NCBI GenBank assembly: GCA_028532855.1
Contig: JAQQAL010000009.1
Coordinates: 43,106 to 107,105, forward strand
Direction of reading: 5' to 3'
DNA length: 64,000 nt
DNA from: Candidatus Thalassospirochaeta sargassi
Lineage (GTDB): Bacteria > Spirochaetota > Spirochaetia > UBA9216
A program made the translations under genes and the position numbers. Position 1 is the first letter of the stretch, and each line of letters opens with the position of its first letter. A model generated the notes under the pieces. It saw nothing but the letters and a program-made list of their open reading frames with translations, was not told the origin of the DNA and searched no databases. Below are positions 9,420 through 18,480 of the stretch, in pieces.

Positions 9420-10910
9420 TTATTCCACCTCCGTTAATCGTTTTACGAGCAGACGGTTTGAATCGGCGGCGATTATAACTACATCCGCACCTTCTTCGAT
9501 ATACTCGCCGTCAGTTTCAACCACCTCGGTAAAACCGTCAAATTCCGCCTTGCCTGAGGGGCGGAGTGTAGTCAGGGATGTCCCTGTTTTTCCAATCTTT
9601 GCTTCAAGGTTATTTCCGGGCTGCAGGCTGTAGCCGTCTTCCTGAAGCTGGCTTGTCTGAAGTATCAGCCGGTTGAATACACCGATTCGTGGAAACAGCT
9701 GAATCAGAACTGCGGTTATTATAATTGAGCCGAAGATTCCGGCTCCCGTCGTCAGAACATTGCGTTTGAGCAGTTCAATCTGCCATTCAAATTCCGGCAG
9801 GATAAAGCCCTGTTGGGAGAGAAGGAGGGATGCAGCTATCAGCAGAATGCCGGAAATCCCTGCCGCTCCAAAACCCGGAATAAGAAAGATTTCAACAATA
9901 AGCAGCACAATCCCGGCTATGAACAGCAGGATTTCGAGTGAGCCGACATAGCCGAGCATACCGTTGGCGATGAAGATTATGGCGAAAATTATAATAGCCA
10001 GGGTTCCGGGAATACCGAAGCCGGGGCTGGTTATTTCCATATATAATGCCCCGAGGCCGAGCATGATCAGTATAGTCGTCAGTGCGCTGCCGGTAACCAT
10101 CGCAATGAGTCTGTCGGGGGTTGTTGATTCAGCCTCCGCTGTTTCAGGATTGTCGAGTTCAAGCATGGTGAATAGCTCTTCTCTGTCGGCAGGTGCTCCG
10201 GAACTGATGCCGTACTTCAGCATTTCGTTAGCGGTCAGCGTCAGAAGTTTGCCTTTGGCGGATATTGTTTTTCCCTTTTTGAATGTTCCGTTCTGTGCCT
10301 CGGTATCTTCTTTTATAAACTCTATTTCGTCGGCGGAAACAAGAACCGTTCGGCCGTTGATTTCCGCTTCGATCAATTCGATATCGGAATCTACCATGGC
10401 AAGGGCAGCAGTTTTAGGATAACCGTTTTTCTCCGCGAGAGCAGCCATCTGGGCTCGAACCGCACTCACTGTTTTCTCTTCAGCGGTCTGCATCCCTTCG
10501 GAGCTCTGGTATACTGGTGCTGCGGCTCCCATCGATGTGCCCGGCGCCATGTATATCCGGTCGCATGAGAAACTTATCAATGCACCGGCTGACCAGCTTA
10601 CACCGGTCGATTCCGGCAGGGCAGGGATGTATGCGATTGTTTCGGCATCGGAGCCGCCTATGAGGGTGGCAATCTGGAGAGCGGAATCAACACGACCGCC
10701 GAATGTGTTGATTTCAAAAATAATGCTGCCGGCACCTGTCTGTTCCGCGGCATCTATACTGCGTCTGAGAAAGATTGTTAGAGAGCGGTCGATATCACCG
10801 TTTATTGGTATTATGTAAACATCTGAATAAGACTCAGGCTGCGAATCCGAATACCCGCCGAGGGGAGTTAGAACTGAGAACAATAGTATCAGGATTACTG
10901 TTCTATTCAT
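9420..10910 (-). CDS. nfeD: Long NfeD family protein (ClpP-like protease domain, TM domain, OB fold)
   Basis: EINTFGGRVDSA, WSAGALI (Ser), GKLLTLTA (Lys), EITSPGFGIPG, TTLRPSGKA. Confidence 0.9.
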   Translation of the reverse strand: MNRTVILILLFSVLTPLGGYSDSQPESYSDVYIIPINGDIDRSLTIFLRRSIDAAEQTGAGSIIFEINTFGGRVDSALQIATLIGGSDAETIAYIPALPESTGVSWSAGALISFSCDRIYMAPGTSMGAAAPVYQSSEGMQTAEEKTVSAVRAQMAALAEKNGYPKTAALAMVDSDIELIEAEINGRTVLVSADEIEFIKEDTEAQNGTFKKGKTISAKGKLLTLTANEMLKYGISSGAPADREELFTMLELDNPETAEAESTTPDRLIAMVTGSALTTILIMLGLGALYMEITSPGFGIPGTLAIIIFAIIFIANGMLGYVGSLEILLFIAGIVLLIVEIFLIPGFGAAGISGILLIAASLLLSQQGFILPEFEWQIELLKRNVLTTGAGIFGSIIITAVLIQLFPRIGVFNRLILQTSQLQEDGYSLQPGNNLEAKIGKTGTSLTTLRPSGKAEFDGFTEVVETDGEYIEEGADVVIIAADSNRLLVKRLTEVE

Positions 10911-11027
10911 TTTATTTTTATTCCTTTCTTAAATTTCCACCTCAATGATGAGAATGTCAAGGAAAAAGAACAGAAGTTATGGTTCTGGTTGAATTGAGCA
11001 TTATGCCCGGCTATAATAGGATTTAAT

Positions 11028-11768
11028 ATGAAGAAATTACAATTGCGGCAGAGAGTCAGGAAAACAATGCAGTTTACTGCATTCTTGCTGTTTCCTGCAA
11101 CTTATTATTATTTTTCCCCATACCTGCCTTTTCAGGCTCTAACAGAGGGGGTGGTGAACGGCAGTATTTTTATATTCGGGGCTTTATTCGTCGGATCGAT
11201 TTTTTTTGGCAGAACCTTTTGCGGTTGGTTCTGCCCTGCGGGGGGGCTGCAGGATTGTGTTATGCAGTTCAGACCTGAGCCTGTAAAGAGAAGGCGTGTT
11301 CGGTGGATTAAATTCCTTTTATGGGGATTATGGCTTTCGCTTTATGTATTTCTTATTATTTCAGCGGGTAAACCAGATAAGACTGATTTTTTCTTTTTGA
11401 CGGAATCAGGATTTTCTGTTTCGGATCCAGGCTCTCTGATTCTCTATCTTATTGTAGTATTTCTACTTTTTGTATTCCCGCTGCTGATTGGGCGGAGGGC
11501 TTCATGTCATATAATCTGCTGGATGGCGCCGTTTATGATAATCGGCAGAAAATTAGGCAACGCAGCAAGGCTGCCGGGAATGGGTCTTGTAATTGAGAAC
11601 GATAACTGCATCTCCTGCAATGGCTGTACATCTGTTTGTCCAATGAGTATTGACGTTATGGCTAACGTTTCATCAGGCAATCTCGAGGATCAGGACTGTA
11701 TCCTGTGCGGAGCCTGTGCTGATGCCTGTCCGAAGGGGGTTATTGCCCTCCGGATTGGCAGAAGATGA
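11028..11768 (+). CDS. Membrane 4Fe-4S binding protein (NapH/MauN-like)
   Basis: FCGWFCPAG, CHIICWMAP, CISCNGCTSVCP, CILCGACADACP; several TMs; TTGAAT-17-TATAAT upstream. Confidence 0.9.
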   Translation: MKKLQLRQRVRKTMQFTAFLLFPATYYYFSPYLPFQALTEGVVNGSIFIFGALFVGSIFFGRTFCGWFCPAGGLQDCVMQFRPEPVKRRRVRWIKFLLWGLWLSLYVFLIISAGKPDKTDFFFLTESGFSVSDPGSLILYLIVVFLLFVFPLLIGRRASCHIICWMAPFMIIGRKLGNAARLPGMGLVIENDNCISCNGCTSVCPMSIDVMANVSSGNLEDQDCILCGACADACPKGVIALRIGRR

Positions 11769-11769
11769 T

Positions 11770-13083
11770 TTATTTAAGAAATGATGCGAGTCCCTCGGCA
11801 ATTGAGGCCCCTGCGTCTGATGCCGCCTCGGTTGCAAGCTGCTGTGCGGATTTGACTGATTCTTCGTATGCGTTTATCAACTGTTCGTCTTCCCATGTAA
11901 GTGCTTCTTCCGCTCCACGGTAATCTGCCCATTCGCTTGAATCCGAAATCGATGTTGTGACTGTTTCGCTTTTCAGAATTGAACCGGTCTCTACATCTAT
12001 TGCTCTGTAGGTGACTGTAACCTCAAAGGTTATAGATTTTGTATAATGAAAAATATCGGCTTCAACCTCTACTGTTCCGAAACTTGTCACGCTGGACGAC
12101 TGATTTGAACTGGATGAATTATAATAGGGATCAGTTTTGTCCGAATCAGTAACCGTTGTTATATTTTCAGCCTCAATGTTTGCGGTACGGGTATACTGGC
12201 TCATGTTTGTTACCGGACCCTCGAGGTATGCGGAATCGATTGTTCCGGTTACGATGATGTTTGAATTAAGCAGCTGTCCTATTTCAATCCTTGAGTTGTC
12301 ACTCATCATAGCGTCAAGAGAGCCTATCTGTTCCTGGATTATTCTATCCTGCATCCCTTCGTCGATGATTTTGGTGTATTTCATTACATCGGGGTTAGAC
12401 ATCAGATTGGAAATTGCAGCTCCCTGCATAATGTTTCCGAACTGTGCGTAGGGGATGTTCCATGCGCGATTTTCAAACTCGAAAAAGGCTACTATCTGAG
12501 TTGCATTATCTTTGGCTTTCTGTGCCATGATTTCAGCATCTTTGTAACCGGAAACAAAGCCCAGTGCGATTTCGAATTCCTCGGTTGCAGCTTTCGCGTT
12601 TTCCCGGCCCTTCATCCTGTAGAGGTTGATGCCCTTCTGGTAGTGTTCTTCGGCAGCCATTTCGTTTGCCTTGTTCATCTCCGCCTGATAGTCTGTATAG
12701 GTCAGCGTCAGCGCCAGTTTTGTTTTCGGATCAGTGATTGGCGGGAGGGATTTTGCCGATTCGTTGATATCGAAAAGATATTTGTAATACTTAGCTATAC
12801 GGTCATTTGTTTCTGATCCGCCGGCCGCCTGGGTCTGATCAATCAGGAGGGCATAGTGTGCGTTGGCTTTCGGGTAGGTTTCTTTAAGAAATTCAATGGC
12901 TTTTTTATACTGATTGTCGATCCTGACCGCTTCAACAGCACTAAGAACGGCAGTATGGTAATCATTCTGTTTTTCTGCGCGCTTGGCGGCAGATAGCAGG
13001 TTTCCCTCAGGTGTGAAAAGTGATTTACAGCCGGTTAGTAAAACAGCCACGGTTATAATAATAAACAACAGTTTCTTCTTCAT
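11770..13083 (-). CDS. Lipoprotein with TPR-like helical N-domain and CsgG-like alpha/beta domain
   Basis: MKKKLLFIIITVAVLLTGC lipobox, strong SD. The domain calls are inferred from pattern (EIGQLLNSNIIVTGTI...YRAIDVETGSILKS). Confidence 0.75.
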   Translation of the reverse strand: MKKKLLFIIITVAVLLTGCKSLFTPEGNLLSAAKRAEKQNDYHTAVLSAVEAVRIDNQYKKAIEFLKETYPKANAHYALLIDQTQAAGGSETNDRIAKYYKYLFDINESAKSLPPITDPKTKLALTLTYTDYQAEMNKANEMAAEEHYQKGINLYRMKGRENAKAATEEFEIALGFVSGYKDAEIMAQKAKDNATQIVAFFEFENRAWNIPYAQFGNIMQGAAISNLMSNPDVMKYTKIIDEGMQDRIIQEQIGSLDAMMSDNSRIEIGQLLNSNIIVTGTIDSAYLEGPVTNMSQYTRTANIEAENITTVTDSDKTDPYYNSSSSNQSSSVTSFGTVEVEADIFHYTKSITFEVTVTYRAIDVETGSILKSETVTTSISDSSEWADYRGAEEALTWEDEQLINAYEESVKSAQQLATEAASDAGASIAEGLASFLK

Positions 13084-13202
13084 ATCTATCTCCTGTTCTT
13101 AGAGTATATAATTTTTTACCTGCATGCAACTGAAAACTGTTTTTTCCCGAAGGATTTGATTTGCTGTATTCAGTTTTGTAATACCGCTGTATAATGACAG
13201 TT

Positions 13203-14048
13203 ATGGAAATTGGAAAATATAACCGCGGCAAGATAGTACTTATTACCGAGAAAGCCTGTTTTATTGATCTCGGAGGAGAGAACGACATTTTTCTACCTCC
13301 CTGGGAGCTTCCTGAGGGGGCTGTAAAGGGTGATGAGATTGATGTTTTTGTTTATAATACCTCGTCTGATGAATATAGATCTACAACTGTGAAGCCTTAT
13401 GCTGTTATGGGTGAGTTTGCTTCGCTTGAAGTTACTGATGTTACCGGATTTGGAATGTTCCTTGACTGGGGTCTGCAGAAGGACCTCTTCGTTCCAAGCC
13501 GGAATATCAGGGTAGAACTAAAGCCGGGAGATCTGGCTGTTGTAAAAATCGTCCCGGATTATGCCGGAAAGGGTGTCATTGGAACCTGTCATTTTGATGA
13601 TCTTTTCGAAGAGCTGCCTGAAAACGCTGTTGAATCAATGAAGGTTAATAAGAAAGTTGAGTTGATTGTTTATGGTTTTTCCAGACTGGGAGCCAGGGTT
13701 ATAGTAGATAAAAAATATTCCGGCATGCTGTATGAAAATGAGATTTTTGAAAATTTAAAAATCGGGGAGCAGTACACCGGTTATATTAAAAAGATACGGG
13801 AAGACGGTCTGATTGATGCAGCTCTTCAGCCTCAGGGGTTCAGGGCTGCAACAAAGGATGCCAGAGAAATTATTCTTGATGCTCTTGAGAATTCCGGAGG
13901 ATTTCTGGCTCTTCACGATAAAAGCAGTGCCGAGGAAATAAAAAAGCAGCTGTTGATGAGCAAGAAGGTCTTCAAGAAATCTATTGGCGGCCTTTACCGG
14001 GAAAAATTTATTACTATTGAAGATGACGGTATCAGGCTATTGCGCTAA
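13203..14048 (+). CDS. S1 RNA-binding protein, CvfB/YitL family
   Basis: FGMFLDWGLQKDLFVP, GYIKKIREDGLID, HDKSSAEEIK, MSKKVFKKSIGGLY. Start 13203 lies 7 nt after TATAAT. Confidence 0.9.
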   Translation: MEIGKYNRGKIVLITEKACFIDLGGENDIFLPPWELPEGAVKGDEIDVFVYNTSSDEYRSTTVKPYAVMGEFASLEVTDVTGFGMFLDWGLQKDLFVPSRNIRVELKPGDLAVVKIVPDYAGKGVIGTCHFDDLFEELPENAVESMKVNKKVELIVYGFSRLGARVIVDKKYSGMLYENEIFENLKIGEQYTGYIKKIREDGLIDAALQPQGFRAATKDAREIILDALENSGGFLALHDKSSAEEIKKQLLMSKKVFKKSIGGLYREKFITIEDDGIRLLR

Positions 14049-14870
14049 GTGGAGAATTTCAATACTCTTTCTCTCATGAATCAGGACCAGGTAAAAGAGA
14101 TACTCCTTCAGATAGAAGAAGACGTAGAAGAATTTTTCGTAATTTTTTCGGGGAAATCCAGCACGAAGGTTAACGGGCTGTATCACCCCGATTCCCGTGA
14201 AATTATTATACATAACAAGAATTTTGAAAATGACCAGCTGCTGCTGTATACCGCAATTCACGAGTACGCACACCATGTGCATATCACCCGGTCTCCTATT
14301 CCTGTCGGCTCCCGCGCGCATACGATAGAATTCAGACGGATCTTTCATGAACTTCTGAATGTTGCCGAGCAGAAGGGTTTTGTCCGCAATGTATTTGAAG
14401 CGGACCAGGACTTTGCTGTATTAACCGAATCAATCAAGAAGAATATGATTGGCCCTCAGGGCGAGCTTGCCCGCAAGCTCGGAGAAGCCTTTATACAGGC
14501 TCAGTCGCTCTGTGAAGCAAAGGGCTACAGGTTTGAGGACTACATAGAACGTGTTCTGCAATTTGATACTACTACCGCGCGAACGCTGATGAAGGCCCGA
14601 AGCTTTGAACTGCCTGCTGAGCTCGGCTATGAAAATATGAAGCTTGTGGCTTCGGTTGCAGACAGCGATAACCGGGAGGTTCTCAAGAGCAGTCTGATGG
14701 GGGGCAGCAGCCGCGATACTGCCAAATTTTCAATAAAGAAACCTGAGGCTGAAGACCCGATAACGAGGCTCCTGAAAGAAAAGAAACGGATCGAAAAGAC
14801 AATTGACAGTCTTTCAAAGAAGCTTGAACAGGTGAATATGAACCTTGAGAAGATAGAGGTGGAGCAGTAA
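14049..14870 (+). CDS. Hypothetical protein with HExxH (SprT-like) metalloprotease motif and C-terminal coiled coil
   Basis: KVNGLYHP...TAIHEYAHH...AHTIEF; GTG start abuts the cvfB stop. Confidence 0.75.
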   Translation: MENFNTLSLMNQDQVKEILLQIEEDVEEFFVIFSGKSSTKVNGLYHPDSREIIIHNKNFENDQLLLYTAIHEYAHHVHITRSPIPVGSRAHTIEFRRIFHELLNVAEQKGFVRNVFEADQDFAVLTESIKKNMIGPQGELARKLGEAFIQAQSLCEAKGYRFEDYIERVLQFDTTTARTLMKARSFELPAELGYENMKLVASVADSDNREVLKSSLMGGSSRDTAKFSIKKPEAEDPITRLLKEKKRIEKTIDSLSKKLEQVNMNLEKIEVEQ

Positions 14871-14904
14871 TATTATTTATTCTATACCTGCGGTGAAGAA
14901 TAAA

Positions 14905-16743
14905 TCAATTATACCGTTGTCTTGTGTTTAATATCAGCAGGTTTTTCAGGTCGACCGGGTTTCCAGCCTCTTCCCATTTTCTGTAAAAATCAGGCTCACT
15001 GACCAGTGACGCAATTGCAGCTATTGTTCTTAAATGAAGAACCCTTCTGTCTTTTGTTCCGCCCAGTAGAAAAACAGCCTTTATAGAGTCTTCGGTATCT
15101 GTGAAGATGATTCCATCTTTTGCGCGCACAACATACATGAACATTTTGTCCGTTCCCCCGATAAGGATGTGGGGTATAGCAAGAAAGTCGGAAATTGCGG
15201 TGTTTGATTCGCTCTGTCTTGCGAGGTAAAGTTTAATCACCTCGTCAGCCGGGGTGCCTGTTTTTTCTGCAATATCTTTTGATGTTATCTTCAGCAGGGA
15301 TTCGAATGAAATGTGTCCCTGAATGTCTATGATATCAGCGTTCTTGATTAGTATATCGAAGTTATCCTGCTCGATATTATCCCTGTTGATGATTATATCC
15401 CTGAACTCATCCTCTATTGAGTCGCTTTGCAGGTGTTTGTCGACGATTCGCTTCATCAGGTGCAGAAGAGCGGATTCGCGTTTTGCCTTTCTGCGGCCGT
15501 AAACAAGGTATATGATCAGACCTATTAAAATAAGGGTTATACTGATCTCGATTGCGGAAAGACCGAGATCGACTATAAAAAAAGCAAACAGCAGGATGGA
15601 AAATATCTGCAGCCAGGGATAGAGCGGCGCCTTGAAGCTCGGACGGTAGTTTGTAATCCTGCTTTCCCGGAATATGATAACGGAGAGGTTTGTGAGAACA
15701 TAGGATGTAAGTATTACTGTGGACGCGGCCTTGACGAGGGTTTCAAGCGGAAGCAGCAGTGACAGAAAAACTATGGCTCCGGTAATAATAATAGAAATAA
15801 CAGGTGTATCTGTCCTGCTGTTGATTCTTCCGATTTTTTTCGGAAGCAGATGGTCGAGACTGAGCGCCAGCGGGTAACGCGAGGCGGCAAGTATGCCTGC
15901 ATTTGCAGTTGTAAAGAAGGCGAGGGTTGATGCAATAATGATTATGATATAACCGATACTCCCCAGGGTGATTTTTGCAGAATCAGCTACAGGTGTCAGT
16001 GATTCTCTGAAAACTTCCGGGGCCAGGGTTCCGGTGAGAACGAAGGTTGTCAGGGTGTAGATGACGGTTACGACAATTATAGAACTAATCATCCCGAGCG
16101 GCAGATTGCGTTTGGGATTTGCTACCTCTTCAGAGACGTTTGCTACCTTTAAGAGTCCGCCGAATGAAATGAATATGAAGCCTGAGGTGATCAGTATGTT
16201 GTTTATTTCCGATAAATTAAAATTGCTGAAATAACCGGAATTAACCTGTGGAATTCCGGTTATTATGTAGACAGACATCAGAGTAAGAAGCAATGCCACC
16301 ATGATAGTCTGGAAAACAGCGGCTTCCTTTACCCCGACGATATTGAGCATGACAAAGAGAATACATAGAACAGAGCCGCTGAGCAGCGGGTTTATTCCGG
16401 TGTAGATAAAGATGATTTCGGATATACCGAAAATGGCGAATGCGCTTTTTAGCGACAGGGCAAAAAGCCCAAGAAAACCTGAAATTGAGCCTATCATAGG
16501 ACCGAAAGTTTTGTTGATGAAATAATAGTCCCCGCCGGCCTTAGGCAGCGCTGTCGATAGCTCGATCATGCTGAATACGCCGATTATTCCTAACACTCCC
16601 GCTGCAAAATATGATATAAATACGGCCGGTCCCACCTTAGCGAAGGCTAGTCCGGGAAGAATAAATATTCCGGAACTGATCATTGCCCCGGTAGCAATAC
16701 TGAATACGCCGAAAGCGCTAACATCTTTTTTTAAGTTCGCCAA
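14905..16743 (-). CDS. APC-family amino-acid permease fused to a PTS IIA (Fru/Ntr-type) domain
   Basis: GAMISSGIFILPG, SELSTALPKAGGDY-like segment, SEEVANPKRNLP, about 12 TMs; C-terminal NTAISDFLAIPH and VLHLRTIAAIA. TTG start with AGGGGG SD. Confidence 0.9.
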   Translation of the reverse strand: MANLKKDVSAFGVFSIATGAMISSGIFILPGLAFAKVGPAVFISYFAAGVLGIIGVFSMIELSTALPKAGGDYYFINKTFGPMIGSISGFLGLFALSLKSAFAIFGISEIIFIYTGINPLLSGSVLCILFVMLNIVGVKEAAVFQTIMVALLLTLMSVYIITGIPQVNSGYFSNFNLSEINNILITSGFIFISFGGLLKVANVSEEVANPKRNLPLGMISSIIVVTVIYTLTTFVLTGTLAPEVFRESLTPVADSAKITLGSIGYIIIIIASTLAFFTTANAGILAASRYPLALSLDHLLPKKIGRINSRTDTPVISIIITGAIVFLSLLLPLETLVKAASTVILTSYVLTNLSVIIFRESRITNYRPSFKAPLYPWLQIFSILLFAFFIVDLGLSAIEISITLILIGLIIYLVYGRRKAKRESALLHLMKRIVDKHLQSDSIEDEFRDIIINRDNIEQDNFDILIKNADIIDIQGHISFESLLKITSKDIAEKTGTPADEVIKLYLARQSESNTAISDFLAIPHILIGGTDKMFMYVVRAKDGIIFTDTEDSIKAVFLLGGTKDRRVLHLRTIAAIASLVSEPDFYRKWEEAGNPVDLKNLLILNTRQRYN

Positions 16744-16791
16744 ATGCGTGCCCCCTGGCCAGTATTATATCACAGAAGTTTTATCAGGTAC

Positions 16792-16829
16792 AAAAAAGGG
16801 TTTCGACTCATTGCCGAAACCCTTTTTTT
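16792..16829. terminator. Intrinsic terminator after pspC (bidirectional geometry)
   Basis: AAAAAAGGGTTTCG-loop-CGAAACCCTTTTTTT perfect stem with A/T tails. Confidence 0.8.
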
Positions 16830-16884
16830 AATTGTCTGCGGGATTGTTAATCCCTGGAGTAAATCCAAACGAAGAGCGCCGGAT

Positions 16885-17229
16885 TTATTTGCCATTATGG
16901 AATCGTTTGTCCCAGTCGCTCTCTTTGTCACCTGTTGCCTCGTCCTCCATTCTGTTAACCCTGCTTTTCAGATCATCAAACTGATCTTTTATATCATCCA
17001 TGGTTGAACGGCGGTGCTCACGGGAATAGCCCCTTGGTTCAAGCGGAATGAAGAATCCGGCAACCAGATATAAAATCAAACAGGGCGCTACGGCTGTCGC
17101 AAGGCAAATGATAATGAAGATTAGCCTGACAACGGATACCGGCATATCGCGCCAGTCGGCAATGCCCTGGCAGATGCCCAGAAGCATTCCGTTTCTTGAT
17201 CTGTATAACTTTCTATTTGTATAAGTCAT
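16885..17229 (-). CDS. pspC: Phage shock protein PspC
   Basis: KLYRSRNGMLLGICQGIADW...VVRLIF...LYLVAGFFIP PspC domain. Confidence 0.9.
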   Translation of the reverse strand: MTYTNRKLYRSRNGMLLGICQGIADWRDMPVSVVRLIFIIICLATAVAPCLILYLVAGFFIPLEPRGYSREHRRSTMDDIKDQFDDLKSRVNRMEDEATGDKESDWDKRFHNGK

Positions 17230-17234
17230 TACAG

Positions 17235-17474
17235 TTATCGCTCCTTGTCTTGTTTGTTTTTATTGAGGGTTTCCAGGTTGTCTATACGCCGGTTTAAATC
17301 CCTCAATCCTTTTGCAATTTCATCCAGATCCTCGCTGTTTTTCGTGTCCTCATCCGCAGTTCTTTTTTTGTCTCTGCCGATAGTCATTCTGATGACCAGC
17401 AGGACGAATATAAAAGGAGCCGCAATGGCAAACAGCGTTATGATCAGGCCTGTATTAACTATTGTCCCCAGCAT
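17235..17474 (-). CDS. pspB: Phage shock protein PspB-like membrane protein
   Basis: Single TM plus short coiled coil (LNRRIDNLETL), between pspA and pspC. Confidence 0.7.
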   Translation of the reverse strand: MLGTIVNTGLIITLFAIAAPFIFVLLVIRMTIGRDKKRTADEDTKNSEDLDEIAKGLRDLNRRIDNLETLNKNKQDKER

Positions 17475-18150
17475 TTGACGCCTTGTCCTTGGTTTGTTTC
17501 ATGCTTTTCTTTAAGGATGCAAGTTCATCTTCGATATCGGATTCATGCTCCATCTTTGTGAACTCGTTTTCGCTGGGATTTGAAAAACCGGAGTAGACCA
17601 TATCGGCATCAGCCTCCATTCTTTCAATCCGTCCTTCAAGTTCTTCGAAACGCATGCTTGCATCTACGCCTGAGGCATTTTTGACGGCTTCGCGGGCCTT
17701 CATCTTTTCGTGTGCATGAATGCCTCTCTGTATAAGTATACGTCTTTTCTGTTTAACTGTCTCCAGTTTTTCTTCCAGCTGCACGATGTTTGCCTTGCTC
17801 TCATCGATGATTGAATTAAACTGAACCAGGTCGTTTTCAATCAGATCAAACTGGTTTGTGACGGCCTTTCTCTCGATAAGCGCCTCACGGGCAAGATCGT
17901 CACGGCCTTTCTCAACAGCCAGCTTTGCTCTCGCGTCCCATCGATCAACCTTTTCTTTAAGTACATCGCGTTCTCTTTCTGTTTTGGCTTTATCCGCCAT
18001 TGAGGCTGCGCATGATGTTTTAAGTTCAACGAGGGTGTCTTCCATTTCTCTGACCATCAGGTTTATCATCTTTTCAGGATCTTCAGCCTTGTCCAGCATT
18101 GAATTGATATTCGAATTAACGATGTCTTTAAACCTTGTAAATACGCCCAT
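17455..18150 (-). CDS. pspA: Phage shock protein PspA
   Basis: MGVFTRFKDIVNSNINSMLDKAEDPEKMINLMVREMEDTLVE; long coiled coil; RFEELEGRIERMEA. Confidence 0.95.
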   Translation of the reverse strand: MGVFTRFKDIVNSNINSMLDKAEDPEKMINLMVREMEDTLVELKTSCAASMADKAKTERERDVLKEKVDRWDARAKLAVEKGRDDLAREALIERKAVTNQFDLIENDLVQFNSIIDESKANIVQLEEKLETVKQKRRILIQRGIHAHEKMKAREAVKNASGVDASMRFEELEGRIERMEADADMVYSGFSNPSENEFTKMEHESDIEDELASLKKSMKQTKDKASNAGDNS

Positions 18151-18269
18151 TGTATTTCTCCTGCTTTCTTCTGCCATGGAGGCAGGTTTTGATTGGAAGA
18201 AAAAGCAACGCTTTTTCTTCAGGAATAATTAAACATGGAGGTTTAATTATTCCCGGGTACTTACTTATA

Positions 18270-18286
18270 TGCATTAAATGTGCCAA
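18270..18286 (-). promoter_or_regulatory. Sigma54 (-24/-12) promoter of pspABC
   Basis: Minus strand reads TTGGCACATTTAATGCA, matching TGGCAC-N5-(T)TGC, upstream of pspA and divergent from a sigma54 activator. Confidence 0.85.
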
Positions 18287-18411
18287 TAAGCTGGATCTGT
18301 TACTTTTTGCTTAAAAAACCATAAAAAATTCGGAATTTCACCTGATTTTAGTGATTCAGACCGTGTTTTTTGTTCAAAAAATGGATTAGTAGGTTGAAAA
18401 TATCATAAAAA

Positions 18412-18478
18412 TGGTAAAATTTACCAAATAATAGAAATAAGACTGGTCAAAATAACCAAGTTATGGTAAATTGTACCT
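18412..18478. promoter_or_regulatory. Three putative PspF upstream activating sequences
   Basis: TGGTAAAATTTACCA (18412-26), TGGTCAAAATAACCA (18444-58), TGGTAAATTGTACCT (18464-78); the third overlaps the pspF extended -10. Confidence 0.7.
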
Positions 18479-18480
18479 AA

